From a virus (taxonomy: Duplodnaviria > Caudoviricetes), in IMG/VR virus record IMGVR_UViG_3300031922_000068, positions 1-25,727 of that record: DNA of 25,727 nucleotides, one strand, 5' to 3'. This document shows, in pieces, positions 16,673 through 24,776 of the stretch. The first letter of the stretch is position 1; every line of letters begins with the position of its first letter. The notes under the pieces are model-generated. The model ran no database searches, was not told the origin of the DNA, and saw only the letters and a program-made list of their open reading frames with translations. Made by a program: the position numbers and the translations under genes.

Positions 16673-16889
16673 GCCCGGTGTCGCCGAAAACCGGATGCGG
16701 CTTCGTTGCCGCGCGCTTCCACCCCGGTGCATTGCACATTGGACAGAGCGCGCCTGTCTTTCCCGCGAGCTGTGCCTCGACTGCGGTAAGGCGCGCCTCG
16801 AGCGTGGCCACGCGGTCGGGCAAGGCCACGAGCTGGCGCCATACCGGGATTCGCTCCAGCAGCGTGTTCAGTTCCTCGAGCATTCCCAT
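16599..16889 (-). CDS. Hypothetical coiled-coil plus Zn-ribbon protein (96 aa)
   Basis: Heptad N-terminus then CPMC...CSAC; protein-like composition; antisense to the early-right operon. Confidence 0.7.
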   Translation of the reverse strand: MGMLEELNTLLERIPVWRQLVALPDRVATLEARLTAVEAQLAGKTGALCPMCNAPGWKRAATKPHPVFGDTGLMIDSYACSACGHAEEQTRDTLKR

Positions 16890-17057
16890 GGCGTTTCTCG
16901 CTGGTGTGGTTGGTGGGGTCGCAGCCCCAGCCTACCAGCGGGGGCGCCGCCTTCGCGCCGAACAGCACGGCGACAAGCCGGCCGTTGAGGCCGTGCAGCG
17001 GCGTGAGGGTGAGGGTGGTTTCCATGCCCCCTTTTTTGCCCTGCAGGGGACCGTCAA

Positions 17058-17504
17058 GTGAAGTCCAAGGTGTTGCCTGCGGTTGACGACCCCCAGCGCC
17101 TGCTTCGGCTTCGGCGCGGTGCGCAGCACGTCGACCTTCGCCTAGTGCTGGCGCAGCCTTCGCTGCTGGCGGCTATCAAGCTTTGCATCACGGCGGCCGG
17201 CTTCGAGTGCGAAAAGGTGGTCTACGGCGAGCTGGACATCGACGCCGGGCACTGGTCGCGCATCATGCGCGGCGAGGCGCACTTCCCAACGGGGCAGCTC
17301 GCGCCGCTGATGAAGCTGTGCGGCAACGACGCGCCGCTGTTCTGGCTGCTGGCTGCCCAGGGCTACGACCCGGCGAGCGTGCGGCGCTCAGAGGACGAGA
17401 AGGACCGCAAGCTCCGCGAGGCCGAAGAGCGCCTGGCGCGCCTTGAAGCCGAGCGCGAGGCGGAGCACAAGCTGCTGGCCAAGCTGCTGGGGCGAGCCGC
17501 ATGA
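17058..17504 (+). CDS. CII-like / HTH phage regulatory protein
   Basis: ELDIDAGHWSRIMRG HTH-like segment, LMKLCGN..PL.WL and C-terminal coiled coil; downstream of cro. Confidence 0.6.
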   Translation: MKSKVLPAVDDPQRLLRLRRGAQHVDLRLVLAQPSLLAAIKLCITAAGFECEKVVYGELDIDAGHWSRIMRGEAHFPTGQLAPLMKLCGNDAPLFWLLAAQGYDPASVRRSEDEKDRKLREAEERLARLEAEREAEHKLLAKLLGRAA

Positions 17505-17713
17505 GCGACCCCATCGACATCGCCGCCGACCGCGCTGAGCTCGAGCGCGCGAACGCCATCGCGAACCATGTGAATCGGCCGAAGCCGACGCGCCTCGTGG
17601 AACAGTGTGTCGAGTGCGCCGCGACCATCGCGCCGATGCGCGTCGAGTGGGGCGCGATCCGTTGTGTGCCGTGCGAAGGCGCGCATGAGCTCGAACTGAG
17701 GGCCCGCCGGTGA
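17501..17713 (+). CDS. TraR/DksA C4-type zinc finger protein
   Basis: MSDPIDIA (DxxDxA), CVEC...I...R...RCVPC. Confidence 0.85.
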   Translation: MSDPIDIAADRAELERANAIANHVNRPKPTRLVEQCVECAATIAPMRVEWGAIRCVPCEGAHELELRARR

Positions 17714-18045
17714 AGGCCATGAAGCCCGGCACGGGCCGCCACATCGCCGAAGCGTTGAAGGCGCTGTACGCGCCGCCGTCGCCGGAGAGCAAAGCCGAGG
17801 CCGAGGCCTTGGCGCGCGAGCACTGCGCGCGGGTGAAAGCCGGCGTGGCAAGGCAGCAGAGCGAGACCGTTTCCGATCTGTTGAGCGGAAGCGCGGAGAC
17901 CAGCGGGCGGTGTCTCCGATCAACAACAACACCCGCAGTCGAGGCCCGGTGCCTCAGCGTCGCTGACGTGGAAGGTGCCGGCGACATGGCCATCGACCGC
18001 GCTACTCCGCCGGGTGACTCGACGCCCCTTTTTCGAGTGGCCTGA
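17710..18045 (+). CDS. Hypothetical protein
   Basis: GTGA and TGATG coupling to its neighbours. Confidence 0.55.
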   Translation: MKAMKPGTGRHIAEALKALYAPPSPESKAEAEALAREHCARVKAGVARQQSETVSDLLSGSAETSGRCLRSTTTPAVEARCLSVADVEGAGDMAIDRATPPGDSTPLFRVA

Positions 18046-18254
18046 TGAGCGTTTCCCACTGCATGAGCCGTGTGCTCGACATCGCGCGACTGCCACAGGC
18101 CGATTGGTCTGCGCGCATCGCCGCTATCCCCGAGGGCTGTGAGCACGCGGACTGCGGCGCGCCGCGGTGCTGCCGCGAGCGCGCGGCCGACTTCCTGCGA
18201 ATGCAATGGCGCATCCAGCGGCGCTTGGATGCCAAGGCGGTGCGCCGTGGGTGA
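18045..18254 (+). CDS. Hypothetical Cys-rich protein (69 aa)
   Basis: Coupled ATG; overlaps the primase start. Confidence 0.6.
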   Translation: MSVSHCMSRVLDIARLPQADWSARIAAIPEGCEHADCGAPRCCRERAADFLRMQWRIQRRLDAKAVRRG

Positions 18255-19293
18255 GCGCCTCGACATCGATGCGCTGCTCGGACAGATCGACATCGTCGAG
18301 GTGGTGGGCAGCTACGTGCACCTGAAGCGAAAGGGCGCGGAGTTCGTCGGGAAGTGCCCTTTCCACGACGACCACTCGCCGTCGATGTACGTCAACCCGG
18401 TGAAGCGCTTCGTGCATTGCTTCGGCTGCGGGGCGCATCACGACGCCATCGGCTTCCTGATGCGACACCTTGGCATCGGGTTCCGCGAGGCTGCTGAAAA
18501 GGCCCTCGGCCGCGACTTGCCGAACACCGTCGCTGAACCACCTGCCGCCCGCGCCAGCGTAGGGCAGGGGGAAAGCTGGGTGGCCCTCATGCCCGCGCCA
18601 GAGAGCGCCCCCGAGCTGATGGCCGAGGGTGGCTGGACGGTGCCCATCTTCAATCCGAAGCCGAAAGAGGGCCATCCGAATGGTCGGATGACGCGATTCA
18701 AGCCAAGTCGAGCTGACGCCTATCGCGATGCGCAGGGCCGACTACTCGGCTACGTTCTGCGTTGCGAGTTCGCCGACGGCAAGATCACGCCCACCATCAC
18801 CTGGTGCGTGGGCCCGGACGGTGCGCAGCAGTGGTGCATCCGGCCATTCCCGCGGCCGCGGCCGCTGTTCGGGCTTGACCGTTTGGCTGCGATGCCGGGC
18901 GCGCCGGTGCTGCTTGTCGAGGGTGAGAAATGCGGCGCGGCTGGCGCTGGCGCGCTGCCCATGTACGCCGCGCTGAGTTGGCCGGGCGGCTCGAAGGGCA
19001 TTCCCTACGTTGACTGGTCGCCTCTTGCGGGGCGTGATGTGGTGCTGTGGCCGGATGCCGATGAGCCGGGTGTTCAGGCGATGCTGGGCTACCAGCACCG
19101 CAACGGCGAGCGCGTTCCGGGCGTGGCGCAGTTCCTCGCTCGCGTGGGCGTGCGGTCGATGCGCTTCATCGATACACGCGGGCAGCCGAAGGGCTGGGAC
19201 ATTGCCGACGCCGTCGCCGAAGGCTGGACCCCGCGCCAGATCGGCGCTTGGGCCGCGAGCCGCGTCGCCGACCTCGAGGTCGTGCCCGCATGA
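18247..19293 (+). CDS. DNA primase (CHC2 zinc finger plus TOPRIM)
   Basis: CPFHDDHSPS...HCFGCG; LLVEGEKC, WPDADEPG and GWDIAD; GTG start at 18247. Confidence 0.92.
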   Translation: MGERLDIDALLGQIDIVEVVGSYVHLKRKGAEFVGKCPFHDDHSPSMYVNPVKRFVHCFGCGAHHDAIGFLMRHLGIGFREAAEKALGRDLPNTVAEPPAARASVGQGESWVALMPAPESAPELMAEGGWTVPIFNPKPKEGHPNGRMTRFKPSRADAYRDAQGRLLGYVLRCEFADGKITPTITWCVGPDGAQQWCIRPFPRPRPLFGLDRLAAMPGAPVLLVEGEKCGAAGAGALPMYAALSWPGGSKGIPYVDWSPLAGRDVVLWPDADEPGVQAMLGYQHRNGERVPGVAQFLARVGVRSMRFIDTRGQPKGWDIADAVAEGWTPRQIGAWAASRVADLEVVPA

Positions 19294-20645
19294 CCTCGAA
19301 GCGACCGAAAATGACCGTGATCGATGGCGGTGGCACTCCGCCGCCGCAGGGTGAAAGGGATTGGCGAGACAGCTTGGCGCGCGACCAGAAGGGCCGCCTC
19401 GAGGGCTCGCTGTTCAACCTCATCACCATCCTCGAGCATGACGACGTGCTCGCCGGGCTGTTCTGGCTGAACCAGTTCAGCGGGCGGATCACGATGGCGC
19501 GCGTGCCGCCGTGGCGCGGCAGCCGCCTTGACGAATTCCAAGACGCCGATTGTTTCGAGCTCACCAGCTGGCTGCAGCAGGTGTACGCCCTGAAGGCGGC
19601 CGACGAGACCGCGTGGAAGGCCGTGGTGACGGTGGCGCGCCGGCATGGTCGGCATCCGCTTCGCGAGTATCTCGAAGGACTGACCTGGGACGGCCAGCAT
19701 CGTGCCGAGTCGCTGTTCGTGCGGCATTTTGGCGTCGCGCCGACTGACTACAGCCGCGGTGCCGCGCTGTGCTTCCTGGTGTCGGCGGTGGCGCGCGTGC
19801 TGTGGCTCGATCCCGCCGCGCCGGCCCTTGGCGCGAAGGTAGACTTCATGGTCGTGCTCGAAGGCGGGCAGGGCAAGAAGAAGTCCACCGCGGTGCAGAC
19901 CCTGTTCACCGCGCCCTGGTACGTCGAGACGATGGAATCGCCGTCGAAGCCGGATTTCTTCCAGGTGATCCAAGGCGCGTGGGCGATCGAGATCGCCGAA
20001 ATGGACAGCTTCTCGAAGGTGGATGTCACCAGCATCAAGGCGACTGTCACGCGGCGCACCGACAAGTTCCGAGCGCCTTATGACCGGGCGCCGAAGTCGT
20101 GGCGTCGCGAGTGCGTGTTCGTCGGCACCACGAACAAGAACGACTACCTGCGTGATGAAACCGGCGGGCGGCGCTTCCTGCCGATCGAGGTGCCGGACGG
20201 TGGGTCGATCGATGTCGCCGCGCTTGATGCCCAGCGTGATCAGCTGTGGGCTGAGGCCGTGCATCTGTTCCGAAAGGGGTTCGAGTACTGGCAGCTGCCG
20301 AGCGGCGCGGCTCAAGAGCAGGAGCGGCGCTACATCGGTGAGGTGTGGGAAGACATCCTCGCGCAGTGGCTGACGCGGAAGCTTGATGAAGGGCGATACC
20401 CGGAGCGGATGCGGGGTTCGATTGGCAGGATCGAGTTCGTCAGTACAAAAGACCTGCTTCAGTACGCGATCGGGCTTGAGCCTGGGAAGTACGGAACCGC
20501 CGATCAGATGCGGGTTGCGAAATGCATGGCACGGCTCGGCTGGCAGAAGAAGCGCACCGTCGACTGGACGGGCGTCCAAGTCTCGGGATGGTCTCCCGGC
20601 AAAAGCCTTGCGCCAGCAGGAGGTTCCGATGATCCGCCCTTCTGA
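19290..20645 (+). CDS. VapE/VirE-family P-loop ATPase (replicative helicase)
   Basis: Walker A GGQGKKKST, EIAEMD, FRAPYDR, FVGTTN..DYLRDETGGRRFLP; ATGA coupling to primase. Confidence 0.92.
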   Translation: MTSKRPKMTVIDGGGTPPPQGERDWRDSLARDQKGRLEGSLFNLITILEHDDVLAGLFWLNQFSGRITMARVPPWRGSRLDEFQDADCFELTSWLQQVYALKAADETAWKAVVTVARRHGRHPLREYLEGLTWDGQHRAESLFVRHFGVAPTDYSRGAALCFLVSAVARVLWLDPAAPALGAKVDFMVVLEGGQGKKKSTAVQTLFTAPWYVETMESPSKPDFFQVIQGAWAIEIAEMDSFSKVDVTSIKATVTRRTDKFRAPYDRAPKSWRRECVFVGTTNKNDYLRDETGGRRFLPIEVPDGGSIDVAALDAQRDQLWAEAVHLFRKGFEYWQLPSGAAQEQERRYIGEVWEDILAQWLTRKLDEGRYPERMRGSIGRIEFVSTKDLLQYAIGLEPGKYGTADQMRVAKCMARLGWQKKRTVDWTGVQVSGWSPGKSLAPAGGSDDPPF

Positions 20646-20650
20646 TCGAG

Positions 20651-20885
20651 CTTGCAGACTTGCAGCCCATCATGCAGACCTTCAAGCACCCCTTGGAGCC
20701 AGTAGGGGTGCGGCTCTTGCAGACCTTGCAGGCTTTTTCCGTTCGCGCATGTATCTAGTCAGTTCCCCTCTGTACTCCCCAGATATATCTGTACAGGTCT
20801 GCAAGGTATGCAAGGTCTCCTATAGCCATACCCGGCGCGGCTTTGAGCGTTGCAGCCCTCTTGCAGCCCTCGGCCTTGGGCTGCA
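20651..20885. repeat. Iteron cluster, putative replication origin
   Basis: About 10 TTGCAG(A/C)C-like copies in both orientations around the AT-rich palindrome CAGATATATCTG (20780-20791). Confidence 0.7.
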
Positions 20886-20907
20886 TCCCACCCCCTCCCC
20901 CCGTCGC

Positions 20908-20953
20908 GGGTCCTTCCGGCGGCGGGGGTGGCTCACGGGGGCAATGCGCCCCG
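20908..20953 (+). other. Lambda-like cos site (cosQ plus cosN)
   Basis: GGGTCCT at 20908-20914 equals lambda cosQ; dyad CGGGG-GCAATGCG-CCCCG at 20936-20953 at lambda-like spacing; about 40 nt upstream of terS. Confidence 0.75.
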
Positions 20954-20992
20954 AAAGCTCCCTAGTTTCAAGGGGTTGCGAGGGGGGTTGTC

Positions 20993-21508
20993 GTGGTTGA
21001 CCTGGCCCATCCGATGACGCAAGCCGAGTTCGGCGAGCTGGTGGGCATGTCGCAGCAGGCCGTCAGCGACCTCGCGTTGCGTGGTGTCTTGGCCCCCGGA
21101 GCCTCTGCTGGCGCGTGGTTGCTCGCCTATTGCGACCACATCCGCCTGATGGCTGCGGGCCGCGGCGGCGACGGCGCGGAGAGCCTGGTGCGCGAGCGTG
21201 CGCGCTTGGCGCGCGAGCAGGCCGACAAGATCGCGATGCAGAACGCCGTGGCGCGCGGTGAGCTGGCGCCGGCGCATCTGCTCGAGCAGGTGCTGGCCCG
21301 CGCCGGCGCGCGCGTGGGGCGCCTGCTGGAGACGATTCCCGGGGCCCTGAAGCGCCGCCACCCGTCCTTGACCTCCGACGACATCGCCGAGGTGTCGCGC
21401 ACGGTGGCCAAGGCGCGCAACGTGGCCGCGGCGATGACGCTCGCCGAGCTGTCCGCCGAGGACGACGAGCGCGACGACGACGCCCCGCCTGAGGCCGAAG
21501 CCGCATGA
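20993..21508 (+). CDS. terS: Terminase small subunit (Nu1-like)
   Basis: N-terminal wHTH TQAEFGELVGMSQQAVS; ERARLAREQADKIAMQNAVARGEL. Confidence 0.9.
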   Translation: MVDLAHPMTQAEFGELVGMSQQAVSDLALRGVLAPGASAGAWLLAYCDHIRLMAAGRGGDGAESLVRERARLAREQADKIAMQNAVARGELAPAHLLEQVLARAGARVGRLLETIPGALKRRHPSLTSDDIAEVSRTVAKARNVAAAMTLAELSAEDDERDDDAPPEAEAA

Positions 21509-23556
21509 GCCTGATCACCACCATCGACGCCGCGCAGCTCCAGGCGGTCGAGCGCCACCTCGCTTTGGGCCTGCAGGCGTGGGGCGTGCCGATGCCGCTC
21601 ACGCTCGAGGACTGGGCGCGCACGCACTTCTACTTGTCTGCCGAGTCGAGCTACGTCGAGCAGCGCTGGACCCCGTGGCCGTTCCAGCGGGCGCTGATGG
21701 CGGTGATCAGCAATGACGACGTGGGCGAGATCAACCTGATCAAGTCGGCGCGCATCGGTTACACGAAGATGCTGCTCGCGGCCATCGGCTACTTCGCCGA
21801 GCACAAGCGCCGCAATCAGGCGCTGTGGCAGCCCACCGACGACGACGCCGAGGACTTCGTGAAGTCCGAGCTCGACCCGATGCTGCGCGACGTCGAGGTG
21901 ATGCGCACCGTGCTGCCCGCCTACATGGCGCGGCACAAGGACAACACGCTGCAGCAGAAGCGCTTCATCGGGTCGATCACGCGCGTGCGCGGCGGCAAGG
22001 CCGCGAAGAACTACCGCCGGATCTCGGTCGATGTGGCCTATCTCGACGAGATCGACGCCTTCGACGCCGACGTCGAGAAGGAAGGCGACCCGATCACGCT
22101 GGCAGCGAAGCGCTTGGAAGGCGCGACGTTCCCTAAACTGGTGCTCGGCAGCACGCCGAAGCTCAAAGGGTTCTCGCTGGTCGACGGCCGCGCGCAGTTG
22201 GCGGATGAGCGCTTCACGTTCCAGGTGCGATGCCCGCAGTGCGACGGCTGGCACGCGCTCACCTGGGGCGGCAAAGACGAGCCGCACGGCTTGAAATGGC
22301 GCCCGGACGAGCCGGATTCGGTCTACCACCTCTGCCCGCATTGCGCCTGCCAGATGACGCAGGCCGAGTACCTGGCCGCCGCCGAGCAGGGCCGCTACAT
22401 CAACGACGCCGGCACCGTGCATCTGCTGCATGACGGCCGGTTCGTCAACGTCGATGGCGAGCCCATCGCGGCACCGCGGCACGTGGCGTTCCACGTGTGG
22501 ACGGCCTACAGCCCGGCGGTCGCGTGGTCGCAGATCGTCCGCGAGTTCCTCGCCGCCTACGCGAAAAAGCAGGAAGGCGACGACACGAAGCTGAAGGCCT
22601 TCTTCAACACCACGCGCGGCGAGGCGTGGGAAGGCGAGATCGAGCGCACCGACGCGGAAGACTTGAAGGCCCGCGCCGAGCCCTATGCCTGGCGCGTGAT
22701 GCCGCGCGGCTGCCTGCTTCTGTTGTGTGGCATGGACGTGCAGGACAACCGCATCGAGGCCGGCGTTTGGGGCCTGGGCCGCGGCGGCGAGATGTGGCCC
22801 ATCGACCACCGGATCTTCTTCGGCAACCCGGCGCTGAACGCCGTGTGGGACGAAGCGGAGCAGTTCGTCCGGCACGCCGAGTATCCGCATGCCTGCGGTT
22901 TGCCGCAGCGGATCCACGCCTTCGCGATCGACTCCGGCGGCCACCACGCCGATGCGGTGTACGCGTTCGCCCACGCGCTGCGTCGCCACCGCGTGCACGC
23001 CATCAAGGGCGCCAGCCAGCGCGAGCGCTCGATCGACAACGGCAACAGCCGTGTGGGCTATCGGTGGAACGGCCGCGTCGAGAAGCATGGCCCAGTGCTG
23101 TGGATCGTCGGCACCAATCTGGCGAAGGACCGCTTCGCGGCTCGGCTCACTGTGACCTCGCCGGGCCCGGGCTATGTGCACCTGTGCCGCGACGCGTCGG
23201 ACGAGTGGTTCAAGCAGCTCGCCGGCGAGGTGCGAGCGGTGCGCCGCCAAGCCGGTAGCACCGAAACGCGATGGTCGCCGGCGCGCAAGCGCATCGAGGT
23301 CAAGGATTGCTTGACCTACGCCATCTGGCTCGAAGAGCGCCTCGACCTTTGGGCGCCGGGCAAGGCGCGCTGGTGGGACGCGCTCGAGCGCGCCGTGCAG
23401 CCGGAAGACGACCTGTTCACGCAGCAGGCATTGCCGCCAGTCGCAAGCGATGACGCACCCGAGCCCGAAGCGCCTGCAACACCTGCAATTCCATCGGCGG
23501 CCTCGCGCCGCCGCACTCCGGCCCGCGGCGGCGGCTTCGACATCAACAATTGGTAG
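21505..23556 (+). CDS. terL: Terminase large subunit (lambda GpA family)
   Basis: KSARIGYTKML, YLDEIDAF, GSTPK, CPQC zinc motif, GMDVQDNR and IDSGG. Confidence 0.95.
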   Translation: MSLITTIDAAQLQAVERHLALGLQAWGVPMPLTLEDWARTHFYLSAESSYVEQRWTPWPFQRALMAVISNDDVGEINLIKSARIGYTKMLLAAIGYFAEHKRRNQALWQPTDDDAEDFVKSELDPMLRDVEVMRTVLPAYMARHKDNTLQQKRFIGSITRVRGGKAAKNYRRISVDVAYLDEIDAFDADVEKEGDPITLAAKRLEGATFPKLVLGSTPKLKGFSLVDGRAQLADERFTFQVRCPQCDGWHALTWGGKDEPHGLKWRPDEPDSVYHLCPHCACQMTQAEYLAAAEQGRYINDAGTVHLLHDGRFVNVDGEPIAAPRHVAFHVWTAYSPAVAWSQIVREFLAAYAKKQEGDDTKLKAFFNTTRGEAWEGEIERTDAEDLKARAEPYAWRVMPRGCLLLLCGMDVQDNRIEAGVWGLGRGGEMWPIDHRIFFGNPALNAVWDEAEQFVRHAEYPHACGLPQRIHAFAIDSGGHHADAVYAFAHALRRHRVHAIKGASQRERSIDNGNSRVGYRWNGRVEKHGPVLWIVGTNLAKDRFAARLTVTSPGPGYVHLCRDASDEWFKQLAGEVRAVRRQAGSTETRWSPARKRIEVKDCLTYAIWLEERLDLWAPGKARWWDALERAVQPEDDLFTQQALPPVASDDAPEPEAPATPAIPSAASRRRTPARGGGFDINNW

Positions 23557-23568
23557 CCAGGGGATCGA

Positions 23569-23988
23569 ATGAGCGGACGCATGGGGGAAGTGGCGACGGA
23601 CTTGATCCGGCTGATTGGCCGGCCGGCCACGCTTCGGCTGATCACGGTGGCCACGCGCCAGCTCAACCGCGGGCAGCGGGTGCGCGCGGTGCTGTACGTG
23701 CCCGGCACGCCGACGCCCGAGCACAACTTCGCCAAGCTCATCGGCTGGCCGGCCTTCGTGAAGCTGTGTGAGGCCTACGGAGGCCAGATCATCGAGCCCT
23801 GCCTGCCCGAGGTGCTCTACCGCGCCGAGCGTAACCAGGTGATTCGCCGCCTCGCGCGGCAGGGCGTCGACCTGGCGAAGATCGCCAGCGCGCACGGCGT
23901 GACCGAGCGCACCGTGCGCTACGTGCTCGCCGCGAACGATCCGCTCGACGCGGCGCTCGAGGGCGACACGCGCGTTCGCACCGGCTGA
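23569..23988 (+). CDS. Mor/C-family transcriptional activator (late gene activator candidate)
   Basis: LIG....KL...YGGQ.I.....RAERN..I.......IA..HGVTERTVRYVL with C-terminal HTH. Confidence 0.75.
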   Translation: MSGRMGEVATDLIRLIGRPATLRLITVATRQLNRGQRVRAVLYVPGTPTPEHNFAKLIGWPAFVKLCEAYGGQIIEPCLPEVLYRAERNQVIRRLARQGVDLAKIASAHGVTERTVRYVLAANDPLDAALEGDTRVRTG

Positions 23989-23989
23989 G

Positions 23990-24427
23990 CTACGCGGCCT
24001 GCTGCGCGGCCCAACCGACGCAGGCCAGCCACACCGTTTTCGGGATCGGTTTCTCGGCGCTGAGGTAGTAGTTCAGCATCCGCCGCGAGACGCCGATGGC
24101 GTCCGCCGCGGCCTGTTGAGTGAGGCTGTGCTGGTACATCCACTCGATGATGCGTTCGTGGCCGATGCCGCCGGCCTGCTCGACGGCGAGGTGGCGGAGG
24201 TTGTCGGCGGCGAGGTCTGCGCCGCCAGGCCATTCGATGGCGCTGCCGTGCGGCTCGCGCGAGAGCTTCGCCTTTGCGAACACCGCCGGGTCGCGCAGCG
24301 AGGCCAGGGCATTGATGCGCAGCAGGTGGTCCACGGTAACGGTGGCTTCGAAGCCGTCGGCGAAGCGCAGCGCGAGGCGGTGCTGTGGCATGGGGGTGGC
24401 GGTGGCAAGCCGAAGGGCAGTGGTCAT
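23990..24427 (-). CDS. DUF2442 plus XRE-HTH antitoxin
   Basis: LALRFADG...LRDPAVF...IEWPGGADLAADNL, then SLTQQAAADAIGVSRRML.YY....PIPK. Confidence 0.88.
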   Translation of the reverse strand: MTTALRLATATPMPQHRLALRFADGFEATVTVDHLLRINALASLRDPAVFAKAKLSREPHGSAIEWPGGADLAADNLRHLAVEQAGGIGHERIIEWMYQHSLTQQAAADAIGVSRRMLNYYLSAEKPIPKTVWLACVGWAAQQAA

Positions 24428-24654
24428 CGTTGCAGCTCCTCAAAGCGCGCGAGCAGCTCGGCGCGGTGGGTGGTGATCCAAGCCAACGCCTCGGCCAGCT
24501 CGCGGTGGGCCGCCGCGCCGCGCAGCACTTCGCCGGTGGCCAGCACCACCAGCACTTCGCGGCCATCGTTCAGCAGCACGTGGCAGTGCGGGGGCATGTG
24601 GTCGGCCGCGTACATCGCGATGCGGCAAGTCGGAAGGCGGTGGATCGTCGGCAT
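24424..24654 (-). CDS. DUF4160 family (HicA-like) toxin (76 aa)
   Basis: MPTI...IAMYAADHMPPHCHV...EALAW...ELL..FEEL; its stop overlaps the antitoxin ATG. Confidence 0.88.
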   Translation of the reverse strand: MPTIHRLPTCRIAMYAADHMPPHCHVLLNDGREVLVVLATGEVLRGAAAHRELAEALAWITTHRAELLARFEELQR

Positions 24655-24660
24655 GGGCGT

Positions 24661-24689
24661 AGAATAGTGCAACCATTGCACAGAGTCAA
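24661..24689 (-). promoter_or_regulatory. Sigma70 promoter of the TA operon with a palindromic operator
   Basis: TTGACT (24684-24689), 17 nt, TATTCT (24661-24666); GTGCAA-N3-TTGCAC (24667-24681) in the spacer. Confidence 0.85.
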
Positions 24690-24706
24690 GCCCTTTTTGC
24701 AGGGCG

Positions 24707-24748
24707 GAAGGCCTGCCAATGTGCCCTCGGCGCGGCCGCTTCCAGCAT
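24707..24748 (+). promoter_or_regulatory. Putative activator-dependent late promoter (copy 2, lysis operon)
   Basis: GAAGGCCTGCCAATGT at 24707-24722, then 20 nt, then -10-like CAGCAT. Confidence 0.65.
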
Positions 24749-24776
24749 GCGCGGCAGTCCACACCGCAGGCGCCGC

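Noticed and set aside
20651-20885. CRISPR array
   Set aside because: Repeats are only about 8-10 nt, irregularly spaced and in both orientations; no cas genes
21127-23895. 922-aa minus-strand ORF
   Set aside because: Antisense shadow of terS/terL in high-GC DNA; no motifs
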